Part shown: piece after piece, positions 59,048 to 64,000 of the stretch
How the letters are laid out: every line of letters begins with the position of its first letter
How positions within the stretch are numbered: the first letter of the stretch is position 1
DNA from: a virus
Length of the DNA stretch: 64,000 bases
Virus record (IMG/VR): IMGVR_UViG_3300045988_107835
Span: 21,458 to 85,457 of that record
Direction: 5' to 3' (one strand)
The notes under the pieces: generated by a model
Database searches by the model: none
What the model was told of the DNA's origin: nothing
The model's input: only the letters and a program-made list of their open reading frames with translations
Made by a program: the position numbers and the translations under genes

Positions 59048-59338
59048 TTAAACCCATCCCGGTTGTTTTGCTATTCTCTCCATTTCGTTATATGCTATCC
59101 TATGACATCCAGCGGTTAGCAAATCGTTTTCGTACCGATTTAGACTCCACTGGTGACCGGTGATGTCCTCCACCAGACCGTGCCGAAACTCGGCGCCCCG
59201 GTGCATTGCCGACACAGCCCTCCACAGTTTTCTGGCTTCTGCTATTCCAATCTTTATCTGTTTACTTGTCTCAAGTTGGTATCGCATTACGAACATAGTA
59301 TTGACGTTTGCTCGTGGTAACAGAATAATAATCTTCAT
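59048..59338 (-). CDS. hypothetical protein
   Basis: 96 aa; 5' end overlaps ORF 59271-59501. Confidence 0.35.
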   Translation of the reverse strand: MKIIILLPRANVNTMFVMRYQLETSKQIKIGIAEARKLWRAVSAMHRGAEFRHGLVEDITGHQWSLNRYENDLLTAGCHRIAYNEMERIAKQPGWV

Positions 59339-59501
59339 TTATCAGGTATGCTTTCTTCCCTTGTTTGTTTTTTACTATTCTCCCGACTTCAAAGTGATGC
59401 CCATAAGAATAAATACTTGTACCTTCAAAGAAGAAATTGCTCCCTGATGCTGATTCTTCTTGTTCATGAGCCCACAAGTGAGCGACCATTGAATTGTTCA
59501 T
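59271..59501 (-). CDS. hypothetical protein
   Basis: 76 aa. Confidence 0.35.
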   Translation of the reverse strand: MNNSMVAHLWAHEQEESASGSNFFFEGTSIYSYGHHFEVGRIVKNKQGKKAYLINEDYYSVTTSKRQYYVRNAIPT

Positions 59502-59854
59502 ATAAATATCTTTTTAATTGTTTAACTTACCTTTATCATATGACATTCTCTTTTCGTATTTTTCAATACGTTCTGTTATCATATCGCAGAAGACTTGCCC
59601 ATCTTTTATACATTAACTGCAAAAGGCGAGTAGAAACCATTTTTTGATTCTCCTCCAGTGATGGGATTATTATCCTCATCTAACCCACCCCATACCTCAA
59701 AATGATAAGTCTGCAATGACAATCTTCAAATACCGGAGCCAAACCCTGTCCCCTGAAATAAGCAGTAGCCACCTTAAAAGCATATAGCGGATTCACTTTC
59801 TCAATTTCTTGCTGTGATTTATAGAAAGATGCCGGCTGACATACATAGAAATTT

Positions 59855-60088
59855 TCATTGCCAAGACTCCCAAAAAAGCCAATCCATACTACCCTCATTA
59901 CAATTAGTGCCACCCAGCACAATTAAATCACATCCGGTCTTTCGGGTTCCCAAAATAAATACCTTGTTCTTATTCTCTGGCTGCATGAATATCTCTTTAT
60001 TGATATCAAACCAATCACCCTGGCAGCTCTCTACATCCCGGAGAACAATTCCTTCAATCTCACGGGCATATTCTTCTTGTGTTTTCAT
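59855..60088 (-). CDS. hypothetical protein
   Basis: 77 aa; overlaps ORF 59680-59922 by 68 nt. Confidence 0.35.
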   Translation of the reverse strand: MKTQEEYAREIEGIVLRDVESCQGDWFDINKEIFMQPENKNKVFILGTRKTGCDLIVLGGTNCNEGSMDWLFWESWQ

Positions 60089-60125
60089 AAGATATGTTAT
60101 TAAAAATGATAACTACATATGTTTC

Positions 60126-60539
60126 TTAAAAGAAACTCCAACAAAATGTTACGATAAATTCTCCCATTCCGTATTCAGTAAGTTGCTTAAACGATTCTAT
60201 CCCATTGCAATAATAAAAAACATCATCATTGTCATCATCGTTAATGCCCAATGATAGTTTTATTGTCTTTCTTTGTTCATCTCCTGTCTTTTTCCATACA
60301 ATCTGACATTCTACGTATTCAGGCTCCTTACCTGTTTTTTCTACAAATTCATGAAATCTTAAATTAATTTCATGTTTGACTTCTTCAACGTTAGATATTA
60401 TTACCTCGTTTTCGCAATCCCCGCAAATAGCATGCGCGAAAGATTCATCAAGATAATCTATTATTTCTCTGGTATTCGGATTTACTATGGCTTCACAAGC
60501 AACCTTTGTTCCACCACATCTTGTACATATATATCCCAT
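60126..60539 (-). CDS. zinc-ribbon protein
   Basis: CTRCGG...C...CGDCENE. Confidence 0.5.
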   Translation of the reverse strand: MGYICTRCGGTKVACEAIVNPNTREIIDYLDESFAHAICGDCENEVIISNVEEVKHEINLRFHEFVEKTGKEPEYVECQIVWKKTGDEQRKTIKLSLGINDDDNDDVFYYCNGIESFKQLTEYGMGEFIVTFCWSFF

Positions 60540-60683
60540 AATTATCTGCTTTTAAAATGTTCAATAATTTCATCTACTGTAGCCTTACGCCACACAAGAC
60601 AGGTCCCGTCTCCCCTGAACCGGAGCTCTTCGCACTTTACCCACCTGTCTCCTGTGACGTCCGTCACTATCAGCCATTATAGC

Positions 60684-61493
60684 CTATTCTTCTAAGCCAT
60701 TCTCTATCATAACTTCCTTTATCAATTCATCTGTCTCCTCGTAACATCCCCAGCAAGAATCAACCTCTTCCCATTCTTCACAATCTTCATCCTCTCTTGA
60801 TTCGTCTTTGTATCTCTTGGTAAATGCTACCTTCTTTTCAAGAACGTACCCTTTTACATCTCCCCACATCCACATACCTATGAACTTTACTTCATTATCT
60901 ATAATTTTGGCACAATCTTCTTTCCAGTCTCCTTCTTTATCGCAGACTTCATTATCATATTTTTCTTTTGTAACGTATGCTATCCCTTTTATATAATCAC
61001 CTTGATTATAACCCCTTGTTGACCACTCTATAACCACCACATCTTTTCCATATTTGGATATGATATCTAACAAATCTTCGTCATCCAGATCCTCTATTAA
61101 TTCTCCTCTGCAATCAAAGTCCTTCAAATCACCTGGTGAAAACTCTTGACCTATATATGGACTTGTCTTATGCTTCAACTCCCATACATTGCCACCTCTG
61201 TTGTATGTGAATGAGATCCCATTCGCTTCCCCTTTCTTTAAATATTTTACAATGTCTTTCTGTTCTATATGCTTCATTACAATAGCATCAATAACATCTC
61301 TAAGATTATGCTTGTTATCGTAGAAGAAAGTTTTCCAATTGCATTCATCATGCAATCGATGCATATCAGAGTATTCAAAAAAGAATGACCCAAACAAACC
61401 CCAATTAGTTATAGGGCATTCTGAATCATGGCAATAATACACTTTAATGCGATAATCGCCTACTTCTTTTGTTGTAATAAGATCGTCTTCCAT
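60684..61493 (-). CDS. acidic hypothetical protein
   Basis: 269 aa, D/E/W/Y-rich. Confidence 0.5.
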   Translation of the reverse strand: MEDDLITTKEVGDYRIKVYYCHDSECPITNWGLFGSFFFEYSDMHRLHDECNWKTFFYDNKHNLRDVIDAIVMKHIEQKDIVKYLKKGEANGISFTYNRGGNVWELKHKTSPYIGQEFSPGDLKDFDCRGELIEDLDDEDLLDIISKYGKDVVVIEWSTRGYNQGDYIKGIAYVTKEKYDNEVCDKEGDWKEDCAKIIDNEVKFIGMWMWGDVKGYVLEKKVAFTKRYKDESREDEDCEEWEEVDSCWGCYEETDELIKEVMIENGLEE

Positions 61494-61504
61494 GTCTTTA
61501 TATT

Positions 61505-61711
61505 TTAAATAGTTCTTAATTTTTCTTCGATAAATGCATCTATTTCATCATAGTATGATCCATCAAAATCACAATTCCCATATTTCTCTGTAAACTCTTT
61601 AGCCCACTCTCGAATGATGTTAAATGCCTCTTCCCTGCTACATTCTTTTAGTCCTGGTAGATACTCCACAGCTTCCACCGACATCTCTTGCAGATTTCGT
61701 AAGTAATTCAA
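61505..61711 (-). CDS. small hypothetical protein
   Basis: 68 aa. Confidence 0.4.
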   Translation of the reverse strand: MNYLRNLQEMSVEAVEYLPGLKECSREEAFNIIREWAKEFTEKYGNCDFDGSYYDEIDAFIEEKLRTI

Positions 61712-61740
61712 ACCTATACTATACGGTAGCTTGCCTACTT

Positions 61741-61959
61741 CTATACATAATGACCCTGTTTAAAGGCATCCTGTAAATCTTCAAGACTCTCTATTGATGA
61801 CTCAGACTCATCATCTACCCTCACCTTATATAACTCAAAATCTTCATTTTTTGCTGACACCCATATCTTGTAGGCTTTTTCGTTGGACAATATTTTCCAA
61901 ACAAATCCGTCGCTGAATACAATTAGGCTACCTGTTACTATCGTATTTCCCATAATCAC
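61741..61959 (-). CDS. small hypothetical protein
   Basis: 72 aa. Confidence 0.4.
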   Translation of the reverse strand: MIMGNTIVTGSLIVFSDGFVWKILSNEKAYKIWVSAKNEDFELYKVRVDDESESSIESLEDLQDAFKQGHYV

Positions 61960-61962
61960 TTT

Positions 61963-62277
61963 CTAATCTGTTACTCTGTAATAATAATCAAGCTCTTCTC
62001 CCTTAAAATTGTTCATGGCATACTCGTCGGCTTCTCTCCACAACCGGTCATACAGTGCAGCCAGTTCACGATTGCTTTCATAATGCTGCCGGATTTTATG
62101 ATTCAATACGAGCGTTAATTCCGTGAAGAACTTATAATCGTCCTTCCATTCATTGAACGCACGTCTGTAGGTATCTTTGACACCTACTATACCATACTTG
62201 TCGGCTATACTAAAATCTTCCCAAAAGGTAGTCAGTAGGTTATAGCCCACTTCTTTCATAAATTCTTTGAATGTCAT
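61963..62277 (-). CDS. hypothetical protein
   Basis: 104 aa. Confidence 0.45.
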   Translation of the reverse strand: MTFKEFMKEVGYNLLTTFWEDFSIADKYGIVGVKDTYRRAFNEWKDDYKFFTELTLVLNHKIRQHYESNRELAALYDRLWREADEYAMNNFKGEELDYYYRVTD

Positions 62278-62359
62278 AAACTATTATTTTAGGTATATAA
62301 TTATCTTATCAATGACCTCTCTCTTGAACTCGTAATATTCATATATGCGACCTTTATAA

Positions 62360-62479
62360 TCAGCCGTACCCATATTTATCAAACCAATAGATATAATACA
62401 CTACGTTACCGTATAAATCCACTCTTTTTCTTTCCTGTATGACTACCTCATAAGGTATCTCCTTGTCTCTTTTTCCCAT
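62360..62479 (-). CDS. small protein (39 aa) with strong RBS
   Basis: ORF 62360-62551 trimmed to MGKRDK because the upstream part covers a terminator; AGGAGG is 6 nt before the ATG. Confidence 0.35.
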   Translation of the reverse strand: MGKRDKEIPYEVVIQERKRVDLYGNVVYYIYWFDKYGYG

Positions 62480-62500
62480 CTTTGTCCTCCTTTCTTGAAT

Positions 62501-62536
62501 AAAAAAAACGGCACCTATCTTCACAGACCAGTGCCG
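62501..62536 (-). terminator. rho-independent terminator (minus strand)
   Basis: CGGCAC/GTGCCG stem with 16-nt loop, followed on the minus strand by UUUUUUUU (plus-strand A8 at 62501-62508). Confidence 0.6.
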
Positions 62537-62557
62537 GCAACTAACTCGCATGGAAAA

Positions 62558-62968
62558 CTACTTAACCTCAACTAATTCTACAGAGTTGTAGAATTTAGTG
62601 AAGCTACCAACAAATTCTCTTATATTTTTATATTCTTCTGGCCGTTTTCTGTTACCATCTTTTATATAATTCACCCACAGTCTATCCTCTATGTTCTTAA
62701 TCGCATTCTCTATCGTAAATTCGTCGCTGACGCTCATTAAACACGAAGACCCGGCTTTCTTATGTGGTTTATATATCCTTGAAAAAGACCACATTTTTAT
62801 TCTATCATATATATATCCGTTGTTGGGATAAACGAATCCTATCCGGCTGTCACCTTCTTTAGCGTAAAACACACCTGGCTCCTTCCCGCCCTTTCTATAT
62901 ACTACAAATCCTTTTTCTTTTAGGATATTAACCGCTTTATCTAATTTATTTTCTACGTTCATTTTCAT
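62558..62968 (-). CDS. hypothetical protein
   Basis: 136 aa. Confidence 0.5.
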   Translation of the reverse strand: MKMNVENKLDKAVNILKEKGFVVYRKGGKEPGVFYAKEGDSRIGFVYPNNGYIYDRIKMWSFSRIYKPHKKAGSSCLMSVSDEFTIENAIKNIEDRLWVNYIKDGNRKRPEEYKNIREFVGSFTKFYNSVELVEVK

Positions 62969-63419
62969 GCAAGTATTTAAAAACGACCCTCATTATAGTT
63001 GCGAAGTTCTCTACCTTAACCCACTCATGAGCTGCTGCTCTAAGTACAGACGTTTCATATGTTGGGACATTGTCTTCTTCAACCTCCTTACAAGAAGCCA
63101 GAACTCCTTCAGTCGGCTTTAGTCCACGGTCATGCAGCTCGCAGAGACCGTCTGGCCGGCGGAACACGCACCACCCGTCTTTCTCTGTTGGTTGGATCAT
63201 CGCTATTGGTTTTTCTTTCACTGCAAGATACCCCACCATCCACATTGTCTCTTTTAGCCTGTCAGCATATCCTGCATCTATGATAGCTTCTATGTCCTTT
63301 GGTGTACCAATACAAGGAACCTTACACATGTTCTTGCATTTATCACATGTACAAGGCTGCTCCCATCTATTATGATCTATGCCAACCAACCTCTTTATCC
63401 GTTCTACTTCCTCTTTCAT
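62946..63419 (-). CDS. Cys-rich hypothetical protein
   Basis: CTCDKCKNMCKVPC cluster. Confidence 0.45.
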   Translation of the reverse strand: MKEEVERIKRLVGIDHNRWEQPCTCDKCKNMCKVPCIGTPKDIEAIIDAGYADRLKETMWMVGYLAVKEKPIAMIQPTEKDGWCVFRRPDGLCELHDRGLKPTEGVLASCKEVEEDNVPTYETSVLRAAAHEWVKVENFATIMRVVFKYLHENERRK

Positions 63420-63420
63420 A

Positions 63421-63705
63421 TTATACTGTCTCTGTTAGTTTTTCATAATACAACTTCATTTCCGGTGAAGCGTATTCCATGAACGCTTCGAATAAGCGAG
63501 GTACCTCTATTATCATATTCACATTACAACCTTCTACCTGTGAAAGCGATTCAAGATCATTACTGTATGAACACGTTACATGAGCTCCTACATTAAACAC
63601 ATGCAAATCTAATCTTGCATATTCCATACACAAATCTAACGCCTTAAACAAGTTCTCTACCTCAATCTCCTGAAACAGGTCTATAAACATTCTTAAATCC
63701 ATCAT
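63421..63705 (-). CDS. hypothetical protein
   Basis: 94 aa; ATGA overlap with the upstream gene's stop. Confidence 0.45.
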   Translation of the reverse strand: MMDLRMFIDLFQEIEVENLFKALDLCMEYARLDLHVFNVGAHVTCSYSNDLESLSQVEGCNVNMIIEVPRLFEAFMEYASPEMKLYYEKLTETV

Positions 63706-64000
63706 TTTATCACCCTTTCCACGTGTTTAATTAATACTACTGCTATTCCCTTACCGGTTTTTATCGCACATTCCGACCCTTTTATCCATTCTACACACCC
63801 TACATACTTTTCCGTAGCATGTAATCCGGGATTGTATTTTCCAGATGTACTGAACTCTACCGTATCCCCTACCTTCAAATCATCAAAGGCAATAGACCAT
63901 GTGGTCCAAATTCTATCATGTCTCCCAGGCTGAATGGCTCCAATTACGCCCTTCTTACGACCGTTTTTTATCGCCCTTAGAATTATCTTTCTATCATCTT
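63702..64000 (-). CDS. hypothetical protein, C-terminal part (start lies beyond window end)
   Basis: Open frame on the minus strand from the window edge to TGA at 63702-63704 (...GSECAIKTGKGIAVVLIKHVERVIK*); not in the ORF track because no start codon lies inside the window. Confidence 0.45.
   Translation of the reverse strand, partial: DDRKIILRAIKNGRKKGVIGAIQPGRHDRIWTTWSIAFDDLKVGDTVEFSTSGKYNPGLHATEKYVGCVEWIKGSECAIKTGKGIAVVLIKHVERVIK

Noticed and set aside
1-64000. CRISPR array, integrase/attachment site or transposase
   Set aside because: No regularly spaced direct repeats and no tyrosine/serine recombinase or DDE motifs were seen; the repeats found are isolated hairpins or three irregularly spaced 12-mers.

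Overview
This 64 kb window is a segment of a large tailed dsDNA phage genome, probably a crAss-like or giant podovirus-type phage (family not certain). There are no cellular housekeeping genes. Positions 1-36,672 are a plus-strand late/virion block: a truncated structural gene, a multidomain GH24 lysozyme, and five consecutive large ORFs of 951, 1019, 2213, 758 and 2137 aa that look like virion or ejected proteins. Downstream of these is a set of small MRRR(Y/F)-initiated fibre-like proteins. A 16-bp perfect inverted repeat at 36,672-36,718 sits between the convergent gene ends. From 36,762 to the window end is a densely packed minus-strand early/replication block. It contains an SF2 (DEAH) helicase, a Cas4/RecB-like FeS PD-(D/E)XK nuclease and a second PD-(D/E)XK nuclease. 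It also has a DnaB-like helicase, a DnaG-like zinc-ribbon/TOPRIM primase, a standalone ABC-type ATPase and many small Cys-rich or basic ORFs. The most notable locus lies between the truncated structural gene and the lysozyme: a clear Ro60/TROVE+vWA orthologue (3307-4941) preceded by three tandem tRNA-like RNAs. The first of these is a circularly permuted tRNA with a closed acceptor stem, the hallmark of bacterial YrlA-type Y RNAs. The window therefore appears to carry a phage Ro60-Y RNA ribonucleoprotein module. Other items of interest are a yqiJ/yqiK-like NfeD-flotillin (SPFH) operon followed by an acyl carrier protein, two AT-rich T5orf172 (GIY-YIG-like) genes that look like selfish insertions, a Gly/Cys/Gln-rich membrane protein, several ORF-free intergenic regions with promoter-terminator pairs or repeated 12-mers, and a 17-bp perfect palindrome in the early region. 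Some regulatory signals resemble Bacteroidota TTTG/TAnnTTTG promoters, yet several genes have strong AGGAGG ribosome-binding sites, so host assignment is left open. All calls are from motif reading of the sequence; no database search was possible.
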